This document shows, one piece after another, positions 50,241-62,953 of a stretch of DNA of 64,000 bases; position 1 is the first letter of the stretch, and each line of letters opens with the position of its first letter. The stretch is from contig JYFJ02001814.1 of NCBI GenBank assembly GCA_000934665.2, forward strand, positions 1-64,000, in the 5' to 3' direction. A program made the translations under genes and the position numbers. The stretch comes from Catajapyx aquilonaris. Taxonomy: Eukaryota. Under the pieces are notes generated by a model. It was not told the DNA's origin. It was given only the letters and a program-made list of their open reading frames with translations, and did not search any database.

Positions 50241-51719
50241 ATCTGTTAGTATAGAACCCTGTGAGTAAATACACACCGACTTGGATTTTTAAATTCGTCC
50301 AAACAGTTGTGCATGTAACATGGCAACTATACGTATGTCAACAAAGTGACCCAATTGTTGCAATATTCATAATTACAGTATTATATGAAAATTAATATGA
50401 AGGTCCTGTACACTGTTGCATGATGGAGTCTATCCTGTGGAATTATGCAAAAGGTTAGACATGTCACCTGGAATAACGCGTTATGCAAACTCGACCTTCA
50501 AGGCAGCAACAAGAGACCTTNCTTCATTCCCCCCCCCCCCCAACAATCCAATTTTCGCACAAAAGGGATGCCCAACAGTGTTGCAGCCACAATAATGCCT
50601 TCTATATATGAACAGGTGCGCACAGCAAACAATAACCCATATGCAACCCACCTTTTGTTGCAGACACATTTTCACCTCTCATCCTGCGCGTCCATGAGAG
50701 AGAATCCGGGCAAGTTCACCAGAAGGTTGCCTGCAAAATTCAGCAAAAAAATCTCACATGGCAACAAGGCTGCCTGCACATTGAAACAGGCAATCCTCAC
50801 TTCCGTAATCCTCATTAATATCATGTGTTTTAAGAGCAAATGATAGCAACAGATGACTCAGTAATAAAAATTATTTTTATCATCCTAATTTTTGTTGAGC
50901 AATATTCGGATGCTGCTTACGTTGATGAATTAATTTTTTACGTATTTTGCATTTTTCACCATGTCTATAACTTTTTTAATGATTACAATAGGCGTGGAGC
51001 TACCACCAATGTTGAAAGATTGACAAGAAAGCTGTCTCTTCTATATACAGACGATTTATTAAAATACATCCCAGAGCAAGGTTCAGGTAAGCTACTTGCT
51101 AATTGGTGCCAACAATTAAACAGCAATTAACAACAAGCACTGTAATTTTACCTCGTTCAACCGGCTCTAAATGATCACTATGTACTGCTAATATGAAAAC
51201 AATAATTATTTTCCTAGCACCTTAGTTTTTATGGACTTTTTATGCCCCCTCATTAAGCTTAGGCCTATTCACATATGGTGCTAATTTATTCGCCTCATAT
51301 GTTAATAATTGCGACTTGGAATTATAGCACCTGATGGTTACGTAACCGCAATTATTGCTCCATTTTGGCGCTTTTATCCAAAACAATGGATATGAGCGAC
51401 ACTTATTGTCCTCTTTGACCTATTGAGATGTATATGCAAAGCTTTTAACAAATCTACCTGTATGCACAAAAGGTCTTTTGTGATCCCTTTATGCTCATCC
51501 CACCTGTCCCATTCCGCGCATTCCTTTTGATCACCAGGAGAGACCTCAATATATAATATCACTAACTATAGGAACACACATCATTGTCATCTTGCACTTG
51601 GTCGAGATCCGGCCGCTACATTTTGACTCTCCTCACCACCTCGAAAAGGGTATGATCACTTATGGTGCAAGTACGATGTAATTCAATCAACTGAAAACAC
51701 TTTTATCACAAAATTACAG

Positions 51720-54700
51720 ATGAAGTTCAAGCATTCGTTTGCTGTCTTGTTGGTCTTTGCGTTTGTCCATGCTGCTTTAGGTGATGGTAGCAAAGAAGAT
51801 GGTGGCAGCAAAGAAGATAGTGACAGCAAAGATGGTAGTGGGAGTAGTAGCAATGAAAGTGGCGGAGATAACAATGGTGCTGCTCTTCCCGAATGTAACG
51901 AAAATGGTGATTTGGATAATTGCATTGAAGCAATTGGCAAGGAGTGGCAGAAATACATACACACCGTCTTTCTGGACTTCAAGGCAAGTTTGCGAATCTT
52001 AATATTGAAAAGTACTCTTAACAATAATAATATTATATTGACTGTGTTTATTCCACAGAAGTTTCAGGAATTGGCTGGAAATGATCAAGACAACTACATA
52101 GTGTATCTGTTAGTATACTATGAGAAGGTGAGTTGTGCGCATTTAAAAAATAATAATTAGCAGTTCAATAACATGTTGCTATACCTTTTCAGGAGATCAT
52201 TGCCTACTTTGCTGAATTTCACCATAGCTTTTATTTAAGCATAAGGGCAATTACCTCAGATGGAAAGAGTGAAAATTTGGCTGAAATTGTGATAAGAATA
52301 ATTATCAGAATGATTGAAGTGTAAGTATAGGCCTATACTGTAACCAGGTTTTTGGTTGGATTCATTTTTAAATGAATATACACAGGTCTATAGATGAAAT
52401 ATCTGCAGATGACAGTCCTATTGGTGCAGAATATCGAGAAAAATTAGTCGAATATTACCGTGGCTACCTAGATTATTGGAAGAGGCTGCTTGATTGGTCC
52501 ACATCCCATCAGTCTGAAGCAAACAAACTCTTCACGTACTACTACACCATCTTCGTGAAGTTGAACGACAATGTTAGCATTTTTTTTGGTAGCGATTTGG
52601 TTTGGAATATCCGGTTCCGGTTTTAATGAAACAAACTTTCCATGCGCAGAAATCTATCAAAAAACTGGTCGCCAAATACGGAAGTTACGACTACGAAGCG
52701 TTTTATCAGCTGGTTGGAAATAACATGGAAGAGGTCTTTGAAATAATTAAGTCGTTGTATAAGGGAATACAGGATTCAACCAAAAAGGAATTTGACGAAA
52801 TCAAGAAGTATTACGAATCAACCGATGAAGAATTGAAGAAACTGATAGAGGAGAGAAATCAATATGTTGAAAATAATGTAAGCCAGCACCATGTCCAGCT
52901 TACATTGTTCGCTTCCAAGCAAGTTTCTATTTTTCCTTAAAATTGTACTAATTTTTCCAGGAATATGTTAAATCGTACTTGGAGTTTGTGGAAGTACTCA
53001 TAAAGTACGTGAACAAACCAAGTGACGAACTAAAAGAAGAAGTACGTCAAAAATGGCAAGCGTATCTTGCAAGCATAGGAATTGGTGATGGCGACGGCGG
53101 CGACGGCGGCGACGGCGGCGATGACGATGAAATTAAGAAATATTTCGAAATTATTATAAAAGCTTTTATCAATAACGAAGAATTGAGGACATATTTAGAA
53201 TCGCTGACCGCAAATTTGAAGATAGCTATGCAGAGTGCTGAAGGAGTAAGCCACAATATTTTTCACCCAAGTAATTATTTTGACATTATTTGACATAGCA
53301 ATTTATTTTGCAGGATATGAGAACAACAATAGGTTATTACTACGAATTCTTCGAGTACTGCTTGACTATTGTGCAGACAGGTAGTACAGACGGAATAGAC
53401 TATGACAAATTGGTGTCCCTATTTAAAAAGATGGACATAAAAGTTACCATAAAGTTAATGATTAAATGGCTGGAGGAGAACAGAGATAACGAGCAAGTGC
53501 GAGCCATGTTTGAAAGCTTCACGAATATGATGAAGATATTGCTGGAAGACGTAGGTTCTAATATATTAGCTCTCAATATATTCTTATTTGCGCCGTTTAT
53601 TTTGACAACTCTTGTGGTTTCTTTTCAGGAATCGGTTGTACAATTAATTCAGAAGTACTATGCCGAATTCACCGTTGAAAGATTTTGGAAATACGTAGAG
53701 CAATACACTGGCGGTGGTGACGGCGGAGATGGCGGAGAAATAAAAAAATATTTGGAAATTATTATAAATGCCTTTATCCAAAACGGAGAATTTGTGGCGT
53801 ATTTGCAATCGCTGACTGAAAACTTGCAAATAGTTATGCAGAGTGCTGAAGGAGTAAGCCACAATTTTCACTCGCATCAATATTTACTTTACATTATTTT
53901 ACGTAACAATTTATTTTTCAGGATATGAGAGAAACATTAAATAATTACTACAAATTTTTTGAGTACACTTTGAGCATTGTGCAGAGAGGTAGTACTGACG
54001 GAATAGATTACGACAAATGGGTGTCTCTATTTAAAAAGATGGACATAAGGGGTACCATCAAGGTAGTGATGAAGTGGCTGGAGCAGAACAGAGATAACGA
54101 GCAAGTGCAGGTCATGTTTGAAAGCTTCACGAATATGATGAAGATATTGCTGGAAAACGTATGTTAAAATTTACTCTCCTTGTTGTGCCATTTATTTTGA
54201 CAACTATGGTGGATTTTATCCCCAGGAATCTGTTGTACAATTAATCCAGACGTATTATTCCGAGTTCACCGTCGAAGGATTTTGGAAATATGTAGAGCAA
54301 TACACTGGCGGTGGTGACGGCGGAGATGACGGAGAAATAAAGAAATATTTGGAAATTATTATAAATGCCTTTATCCAAAACAGAGAATTTGTGACGTATT
54401 TGCAATCGCTGACTGAAAACTTGCAAATAGTTATGCAGAGTGCTGAAGGAGTAAGCCACAATTTTCACTCGCATCAATTATTACTATACATTATTTTATG
54501 TAACAATATTTTGCAGGATATGAGAGCAACATTAAGTCGTTACTACGAATTCTTCAAGTACTTCTTGAGTATTGTGCAGGCAGGTAGTACTGAAGGAATA
54601 GATTATGACAAACTGGTGTCATTATTTAAAGAGATGGACATAAGGGGTACCATCAAGGTGGTGATGAAATGGCTGGAGGAGAACAGAGATAATAAGGAAG

Positions 54701-55531
54701 TGCAGAAGATGTTTGAAAGCTTCATGAATATGATGAAGATATTGCTGGAAAACGTATGTGAAAATTTACTCTCCTTTTGTTGTGCCATTTATTTTGACAA
54801 CTATGGTGGATTTTTTTTTCAGGAATCTGTTGTACAATTTATTCGGATGTATTATTCCGAATTCACGGTTGAAGGATTTTGGAAATATGTAGAGCAATAC
54901 ACTGGCGGTGGTGACGGCGGAGATGACGGTGAAATGAACAAGTATTTTCAAGAAATTACACAATTCCTTTTCAAAAATCAGGATTTAAAAGAATACTTTG
55001 AATCACTGACCTCCAGTCTGCAGACAATCATTGAACGTTCTGATGTTGATGCCGTGAGTCACAATTTAACTCGTAAAGATTTACAGCCCTTTTATGAAAC
55101 CATTTGTTTCGCAGGAAATGAAAGAAATTTTCACAAGTTACTACGAATTCTTCTCATACATATTGAGCATTTACACGTCAGGGAATAGCGACGACATCGA
55201 TTACGAGAAACTGAAGTCTCTGTTTGAAAAGATGGATATGCATGTTACCATACAGAAAGTGATTCAATGGGTGATAAAGAACCCGATTGACGATGATGCT
55301 AAGAAGCTTATTGACAGCCTCACTTACATACTCCGCGTGTTGATCAAAAATGTCAGTTGAAATTTGAGCATAAATGCATTTTTTTTGTCTACTTTTCCAT
55401 GTGTTGTAGATGAAAAATCATATTTTCATTCACAGGAATCGTTTGGGAAATTCATAGAACTGTACTGTCCCGATTTCAACTCCGATATTCTTTGGAGATA
55501 TGTCGGGAACGGCAGCAACGAAGGTAGTTAA
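51720..55531 (+). CDS. Uncharacterised secreted protein with tandem ~150-aa predicted helical repeats and Gly/Asp linkers, multi-exon
   Basis: Signal peptide MKFKHSFAVLLVFAFVHAALG followed by a G/S/D-rich spacer. Spliced exons join in frame. Four clear repeats with ~597-nt genomic periodicity (GGCGGTGGTGACGGCGGAGAT at ~53710, ~54307, ~54904). AATAAA at ~55666. Confidence 0.85.
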
Positions 55532-56502
55532 AATGTTTTCTTCTTTCTCTTCAATTACCATGATGTAAGTACTGCCTTTCTCAGGTAGTATAATAATTGT
55601 TTAAAATTCACAATATGAATAATATTTACAAACTGCAAGATGTGTTTTATAAATGATCATTGCAAATAAAACGGCTCTCTTTGGCTCATTGTAATATATT
55701 TATTTTTCTGTTGTTATTAACTGCAATGCAAATTATATCAATTTCATGGCTAATTATTAATGCAATCCCATAATTACATGCAGCTGTTACTTCAGTAGTG
55801 CAATGAAATATTTAAAATACTTTTAAAATATTTGTTATTATTTTTTGCAGACACCTGGCGTGTTAGGGGAATATGAACATAACCTAACAGGATTACACTG
55901 TATACAGTATGATCATCATCATGTACTTGCCATGAAATTGGAGTGGTTCTCATTACCATGATCTAATAATATTTTATGTAACAATATTTATTTAATATTT
56001 TGTTTGTACAACATCATACCAAACCTGTCCTTGTATAAGAGGTGCTGCTTTTGACATGTATATTTGACCTGGTTGTAATGATTTCATGTATTGCACATGG
56101 TGACTTGAAAACTGATAATAAATCCGTGATACATTTAATGAAACGGGTGACACACTTCTTTGATTTGATAAGAGCTTGATCAGATAAATAATTATACTTT
56201 ACATCGATCAAGCATATACTGTACTTGATGAATACCTTGGGTTTATATATACTCGTACTTTGCCAGTGCGACACGTCTGACAAAGATAAACAAATCAATA
56301 AAGACAAACTTAAAACAAACCAAGCAGAATTATAGTGTGAGCTTGTGACTTTTTGACACAGGCTTTATGACATCCCTCAACTTTCTCAAACAACTAAAAT
56401 ATCGAGTTCAAACATGTCACACTACATGCGTAGGCGTGTTTTTGTACTAGTCAAGAACAAACTGGACTGTACTCTTTGCCCTTCTGGGGGAAGCTAATCA
56501 AC

Positions 56503-58197
56503 ATGTCCTTCTGTACGTTACTCGCCGGGATCATTTTCGGGATTTACAGCAGTGGGTTGGCTCATATTGAATTGAGAAGAGATAACATAACTGAACTGGA
56601 CTTGACTCTTCTGCTTCGTCACCCTCAAGTGTCCAAGTGCGGAACAATCGCATTTCTCACTGAAACTGTCCGGCAGTTAATTCCGTCTACTCAGAAGGAT
56701 ATCAGTTTCGCCCAGCAAATAGTGAGTATTCAAAAGCCAATTGGGGCAATAGCAAGTCGTCCTGTGACACTTCAGAGGAGCGGACAGTGCCAGCTGAACT
56801 TGTATTATTCGTCACCAGAAATCATGCCTTACTTGACCAAAATGTTGATGGCCATGTCTGGAGGAAAGAGAGTGTACAAAGACTTCAACCTTGTACTTTG
56901 GAAAGGCAATGAAAAGGCAGCGGAAAGACACTTCCTTCAAATGTCTAAGAATTTAAAATACCTTGTCATTGGAAAAAACCTGAGGCAATTGAAAGTGATT
57001 TGCCATCATTGCAATAAAGGCGAAGCGGCCTTAATTGATGCTCCAGATTTCGGGGATTCAGAGTTGTTTCTGGACACAACACGCGATTTTCATGGCAGAA
57101 CAATCCCGTTTGTGGGAGTTATACATCGTGATGTAGTCAACTATTTTGCCAGAGCTTTAAACTGTCGGTTCATAAAACATGGCGCACTGGACAAAAGCAT
57201 TCTCAACGATTTGTTCATTTCCGTCACACCCATGTCTCCGAAGAAATTTGAACCGTACCTGGAAGAGACTCATCCTATTGTAATTGACGCAACAGCGATC
57301 GCAACAGAGAAGTTGTCGCCCGAATTCAAGTGGATCATGCTCATCCAGCCCTTCACATGGCAAGTGTGGGTCTTGCTGGGTGCAATACTTCTCATTACCT
57401 TGATTGCCGCATCTGTAGTTTCATGCCAAGTTAACGACTCACTCTCTGTCACAGGCTTTTTGTTTAAATTGCTGTTTCCTGCAATTGTAAATCAGGGAGC
57501 AAAATTGCCCAAACACAATTCCCTTCAGTGGCTCCTGATATTTTGGATCTTCTTCTGTATGGTTGTCAACACCCTGTACTCGTCAAAGGTGACGTCGTAC
57601 ATCATGGATCCCCCTGTCCATGACGTCAACTTGTTGGAAGACTTGCTGACACTGAACTACAAATCAGGCACCTTTGAAATTAAGCGTTTCAACGACATGA
57701 TGACTTCAGAAGACAAAAGTACCGCAATTGACGTCTTGAAGGCGATGGACAAAGAGCAATACTCCATAACCCATTGCATGCTGAAAATCTTTCAAGACAA
57801 ATTCGCGTGTGTGGGAAGCGATTTCGCCATGCAGGTGTGGTACGCCATGGATCCAAGCAATCAATTCCACGAGGAAAATGCTCATATTGCAAAGGCCGAG
57901 CTACCTCCCGTTCAAATCGGATTTAACCTACCGAAAGACTGCAATTATTACGAGTCAGTCGATCGCATTGTCTTGCGATTCTGGAGCGTAGGTCTGCAAG
58001 ACGCTTACACCAAAAAGATGATGGACAGACTCCGTTACATGAGGCTGTACACCTACAACAACATGGGACTGATCAGTCATACTGATGATGAATCTCATTC
58101 CTTTGATGCGCATTCACTGGCCATTCCATTCTTTTTGCTTCAGGCAGGTCTGGTCCTGTCTCTTTTAGTCCTGTTTGTAGAAATGTTTAACAGATGA
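56503..58197 (+). CDS. Divergent ionotropic receptor (IR, variant iGluR), intronless
   Basis: Uninterrupted ~564-aa ORF from the first ATG, with a hydrophobic N-terminus. Motifs ICHHC, FLDTTRDFHGR, QPFTWQVW plus M1, NQG pore loop, M2 IFWIFFCMVVNTLYSSKVTSYI, and C-terminal TM LAIPFFLLQAGLVLSLLVLFVE. Confidence 0.85.
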   Translation: MSFCTLLAGIIFGIYSSGLAHIELRRDNITELDLTLLLRHPQVSKCGTIAFLTETVRQLIPSTQKDISFAQQIVSIQKPIGAIASRPVTLQRSGQCQLNLYYSSPEIMPYLTKMLMAMSGGKRVYKDFNLVLWKGNEKAAERHFLQMSKNLKYLVIGKNLRQLKVICHHCNKGEAALIDAPDFGDSELFLDTTRDFHGRTIPFVGVIHRDVVNYFARALNCRFIKHGALDKSILNDLFISVTPMSPKKFEPYLEETHPIVIDATAIATEKLSPEFKWIMLIQPFTWQVWVLLGAILLITLIAASVVSCQVNDSLSVTGFLFKLLFPAIVNQGAKLPKHNSLQWLLIFWIFFCMVVNTLYSSKVTSYIMDPPVHDVNLLEDLLTLNYKSGTFEIKRFNDMMTSEDKSTAIDVLKAMDKEQYSITHCMLKIFQDKFACVGSDFAMQVWYAMDPSNQFHEENAHIAKAELPPVQIGFNLPKDCNYYESVDRIVLRFWSVGLQDAYTKKMMDRLRYMRLYTYNNMGLISHTDDESHSFDAHSLAIPFFLLQAGLVLSLLVLFVEMFNR

Positions 58198-58496
58198 AGT
58201 GCGAATTAATGACATTCTATGAAGTTTACCAGTATATCACTTTTAATTATATTTTCTGATGTCTTTTTATCGTATTGTAAGATCCATTCTACTGTACGTC
58301 ATTGGTGATTGTTTCAAACGCTTGTACAGTGTTCAAATAAAGCATATTTACTTCACGTTTCAAATTTGAACCTCATTTGCAATTAGGAACCATTCAAATT
58401 CCAATTTATCTCCTCTGAAATTGGGTTGTGCGAGACCTGCCTGCGATGCAGTCCTCTTTGGAGCATCTTCAACACGGAAGAGACCCACATCAAGGG

Positions 58497-60392
58497 TCAA
58501 GAGTGACCCTGCTGGTCATCTTTCCTTTCAACTTGGGTCGGCTCATCGGACAGGAAAGACACTGAGAAGTACAGGTCTGGGATGAAACCTCCTTCAGCTG
58601 TTGTGAATGTACTGCGAGGATCCGAATAAAACTCCACCTCCAGCCCCTGCAATAATAAACAACCTTAATTAATTGTGCACTTACTAATTAATTCAAGTGT
58701 ACGGTATGATGTGGTATTATAGGCTTTTGAGGATAAACCCACGGTGCTGAACTCACTTGGCATTTGACCACCGGAGATTTAGCGAGTGAGTTGTGGTACT
58801 TGGGCAGCTTCCATTCTGAAAGCTTCAGCTGTATCAGGTAGAACGTGGCTGCGTCCAGGGCAACTGGACGGGGCAGCTCCAGGTCAAATGGGAAGTCCAC
58901 TCGACGTTGCTTCACCTCGGCAATGGCACCATCTTCTTCAAACACCTTAACCTGAGACAATTGGTATACATGTGCAAGTGTGTCCTATACGCGTGTATAC
59001 ATACCGCCTGTCCCGAGGTATTCTCGACAGCCCCTCTTGTAAGGGTGAGCTGGACGTCCATTTTGGTCGTGTAGCCGAAAGAGGACCCGGCTCGTTTGTT
59101 GGGACCCGCATCCGGACTCATCACCCTCAACCCGGTGAACAGGATCACAGAATGATCCGGATCCCGGTTAGTGTTGATCCTGAACCAGAGGTAGTGGTTA
59201 CGACCAGGACTGTCCGCTCCGGACACGGAAGCTGCTGTCGAGGCCCGCTTGCAGACAACAGAGCAGGATGACCTCCTGGTCTCGGTGGTCAGAGGCGACG
59301 GAAGAAGTTTCTGCAGGCAGAGGACCAGGAGACGGGCCTGATCCTTATAGGTCAGCACCTGAGCAGGGATCACATGCTGGATCAGGTCATCCGGAGACAG
59401 GGCTTCCAGACGCAAGCAGCTCAGTAAGGGACGGATAGTGTCGGACACACTCCAGACTGTACCACGAGCGGCTTGTTTGGCCCTGCAATACAGTAATTAG
59501 CTCCGGATGTACCGGTACCGTTCAACGTACCATCTGAGTGCAGCCAGAAACAGCTGAAGTTCGGACACCTCCAGGGTTGGTCGTCTCAGGAGATTCACTA
59601 CTACTGCTTCGTCCAACTCCAGAAAATCTTTCTGAGAGAACACTCTTGTCGCTTGATCGTCTATCACCTGAAAGAAACTGTGCTACAAAATCTGCTCGCT
59701 GATATAAATTACATGCACATACCGCAAGACATTCCCGTTCCATGTCGTCCATTCCGTACGTAAAGGCTTTACCGTAGAATTTCAGAGCATTCTTTGCTGA
59801 CACGTTCGACATGAGACGCTGGGGATTGTACAGCAAATTATTAGTGTCACTTTCACGCTGGGTGTGATTAGTGATTTTCACCTCAATGCAGCGTGATGAA
59901 ATAGCCTGGATGAGGTACTTGTTAGACGCATACAGTAGATCCCATATGTCGTCATCATCCATTCCGATGATGTCAAACTCATTGTCCTGGACAAAGTCCA
60001 GCAGTCTACTGAACGTCTCTCGAGATATATCGGGTATGTCCACTGCAGCATCAGTTTCGTCTGCCATGGGCCCGAAGAACATGGCCTCGAAGACTGGGCT
60101 GCATGAGGCCAGGGTCAGCTTGCTGACCTGTAACGTCCCAGGGTTACCCGAGTACAGACCGAGTCGCAATGTGCATTCGCTGCATCCGCCTTTATGCATC
60201 TGGCCAGTTATCCATTCGGCCACAGTCTTACTAATGCTGTACTCTTCGGTACTCTTGTGTTCTCCGAAAGTAGTGTCATGCTGCTGGGAATTTGGTCTGG
60301 ACGAGCTCCTTCAAAGACATTACATACGTAAAAGAGTAACTAACCGTAATGACATTCAAATCTCGATCGGTCACATACCTTGAAGTGCTCAT
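58497..60392 (-). CDS. BTB/POZ-BACK-PHR domain protein (BTBD1/2/3/6-like), multi-exon
   Basis: BTB motifs KLTLASCSPVFEAMFFGPMA, IPDISRETFSRLLDFV and LLYASNKYLI. BACK-like IRPLLSCLRLEALS. The last exon GLEVEFYSD...GGFIPDLYF resembles the PHR terminal GQIPELIF motif. Short first exon MSTS(R) at 60379-60392. Confidence 0.82.
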
Positions 60393-60739
60393 GGTTGCAG
60401 TTGGGCCTAATTTATTCACTCACTTCTTTTATAGAATTTCAAAAATGTAAAACAAATTCTGGTCACTATGAACACCATTGTTAAAAACAGGTGAAGTGCT
60501 GTTACGTAATGTTACAGGTCGAATCTATTATTTTTGGCCCACATACCCAGTACGTCGCATGTGTTTACTGAGTGATTACTGTCAGAAACTTTTCGTGTTG
60601 CTCGTAGGCGAGAAGACATGCGAAATACAATTATTTTAATGGCATGTGGCGAAACTCAACCGTACTGTAATATTCATAAAGGTCATACATTCCAGCAACC
60701 ATTACCAATGCTGGATATACACTTCAGAGTCGCAGCAAG

Positions 60740-62590
60740 ATGCGTCTTTACCACATCTTGTTATTCTCACTGTGCATAATTTTCACCAATAGTTTGCCTC
60801 ATGTTGCTTTGCATAATAACAGCACCCAGAGTTTGTTTGCAAATGTACTTGCGACATTACTTGAACACCCGCAGCTGTCTACGTGCTCTGTTGCATTTCT
60901 GATTGACAACAACACAGCCCAGAGTGTTGCACCGATTCAGACGAAAACGAGGGTGGTCCAGCAGGTAGTGAATGCCGAAAAATCACTCGAAGCAAAAATC
61001 AGCACGCCCGTGACACCTCAGAGAAGTGGACAGTGCCAATTGAACGTCATAAACTCTCGAACTGAATACATCCTAGATTTAATCCAAAAGATGTCTGTCA
61101 TATCCAGAGGAAAGTACATCTTCCGCGATTATCTCCTGGTGTACACAGAGAATCAAGAATTGGACGAAGCGGGTGTTGAAAGCTCTACTTATTTCAAGTA
61201 CGTGGTGGTCCTGGACAGCCTGAAACGTGAGGACAAAACATTCAGACTCCGGACCATTTGCCACTACTGCAACAATGGCCAGCCCAAAATGATTCAAGTG
61301 GAAGGAACCAACGATTCGCGTATATTTCCTGACACCACGACTAATTTCAATGGCAGGAAAATCACAGCCGTGGGAGAGACATGGGTGGAAATTGCGGAAT
61401 ACTTTGCCAAAGGTTTGAACGCTCAGCTCAGAAAACGGATCCTGAAGAGTTTGAAAGTTGGAAGTTTATCAAGTCATCATGATCCGATCATTTCGTATCT
61501 TCTGTACGTCGAAAAGGATGTCCTTCCTTACTTGGATTCCACGCAACCCATCACATTCGACAAGCCGACGTTTGTGACGGCCAAACTGGTACCCAAATTT
61601 TCCTGGGTCATGCTAGCCACGCCTTTCACCTGGCAAGCATGGACTTTGATCCTTGCAGTTGCCGTCATCACAGTCATCGCAACATTCACAATCGCGCGCA
61701 AATTGCACGAAACGATGACTTACAAGGAATTACTGACTCTCCTGTTTCCTCCAGTTGTGAACCAAGGTACACGTATGCCTTCCAGAGCACCCTTGCAATG
61801 GTTACTTGGGTTCTGGATATTCTTCTGCATGATCGTCAACACCCTGTACTTATCCAAGGTATCCTCACACATCATGGATCCTCCGATAAAAGACATCAAG
61901 AGCGTCGAAGACCTATTCAAGCTGGATTACAAAATGGGGACATGGCACATGCAACACTTCCTGGACACCTGGATGGAAAAGGAGAGCAGCACTGGCCGCA
62001 GCATCATGAACAGAATGGAGAACACACGAATGTCAAGTAGAGTCTGTCTGACCAGAATATTCGACGAACCTTTTGCCTGTTTGTCCAGTCGATTGGCAGT
62101 CGAATTTTCCTACGCATTTGACTTCAACAATGTTCTGAAGGAAGACAAGGCCAACTTGGTGGTGGCCAACCTGCCATTGACACCTGTCAGCGTGATGGTG
62201 CCTAAGCACTGCATTTATTACGAGGCAGTCAACCGCATTGTGTTGGTCTACTGGAGTTCTGGACATCACCAAAAACAGTTCCTGCAGTTGCTTGACTTTT
62301 GCCGGTACCTGAGAATGTACGGTTACAGCATTCGAGGACTGTTTGGTCAAGAAGACGAGGAAAGAGCTTTAGGTGTGTCCGCACTAGCTGTACCTTTTTT
62401 TCTTCTTGCTGTCGGACACGCTATTGCTTCTTGCGCTCTTGCGATTGAAATTGTATGCATTGTTTCAGTTTACACTGCTTGCTTGCACAAATTGAGTTCG
62501 TTCAGAGTGACATGTCGCACACCATTCAGAGCGATTACTGTGTGGAAAGAACGTGTTTTGAAAAAGTTCACCATCAGGAAACATCAGTAA
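60740..62590 (+). CDS. Divergent ionotropic receptor (IR, variant iGluR), intronless; paralog of 56503-58197
   Basis: 616-aa ORF with a signal peptide. Motifs ICHYC, FPDTTTNFNGR, TPFTWQAW, NQG, FWIFFCMIVNTLYLSKVSSHIMDPP and LAVPFFLLAVG. Confidence 0.87.
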   Translation: MRLYHILLFSLCIIFTNSLPHVALHNNSTQSLFANVLATLLEHPQLSTCSVAFLIDNNTAQSVAPIQTKTRVVQQVVNAEKSLEAKISTPVTPQRSGQCQLNVINSRTEYILDLIQKMSVISRGKYIFRDYLLVYTENQELDEAGVESSTYFKYVVVLDSLKREDKTFRLRTICHYCNNGQPKMIQVEGTNDSRIFPDTTTNFNGRKITAVGETWVEIAEYFAKGLNAQLRKRILKSLKVGSLSSHHDPIISYLLYVEKDVLPYLDSTQPITFDKPTFVTAKLVPKFSWVMLATPFTWQAWTLILAVAVITVIATFTIARKLHETMTYKELLTLLFPPVVNQGTRMPSRAPLQWLLGFWIFFCMIVNTLYLSKVSSHIMDPPIKDIKSVEDLFKLDYKMGTWHMQHFLDTWMEKESSTGRSIMNRMENTRMSSRVCLTRIFDEPFACLSSRLAVEFSYAFDFNNVLKEDKANLVVANLPLTPVSVMVPKHCIYYEAVNRIVLVYWSSGHHQKQFLQLLDFCRYLRMYGYSIRGLFGQEDEERALGVSALAVPFFLLAVGHAIASCALAIEIVCIVSVYTACLHKLSSFRVTCRTPFRAITVWKERVLKKFTIRKHQ

Positions 62591-62953
62591 TTGAACAGGC
62601 GAGAGGAATTGTCCAATCAGCGGTTTATTCGACCTATGAAGAAGTAATATTAATAAGAAGCCTTATTCTCAAGGATAAAATAATGAGCGCGGATATAAAT
62701 AACACTCATTTAACAATGTGCCAGCATTTTTGAAGACGTAACATAATATTATTATAAATCACGTGCATTGTATTTCACTCAGACCATCACAATAAAATGT
62801 CATAACAATGCCTTTATTCCGTCTTTTATTGACATGCGGTACTAATATAAGTTATTGAAATAGCTAAAATAGGCTGTATGAAAGGGTTGCATTAAATGTA
62901 ATTTGATATTATTCTTCAAATACCAAGGTTCGTATGCTGCGGCATGTGATAAC

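Noticed and set aside
50445..50843. 132-aa ORF
   Set aside because: It spans an N at 50521 (assembly ambiguity) and a poly-C run, and has no protein-like features.
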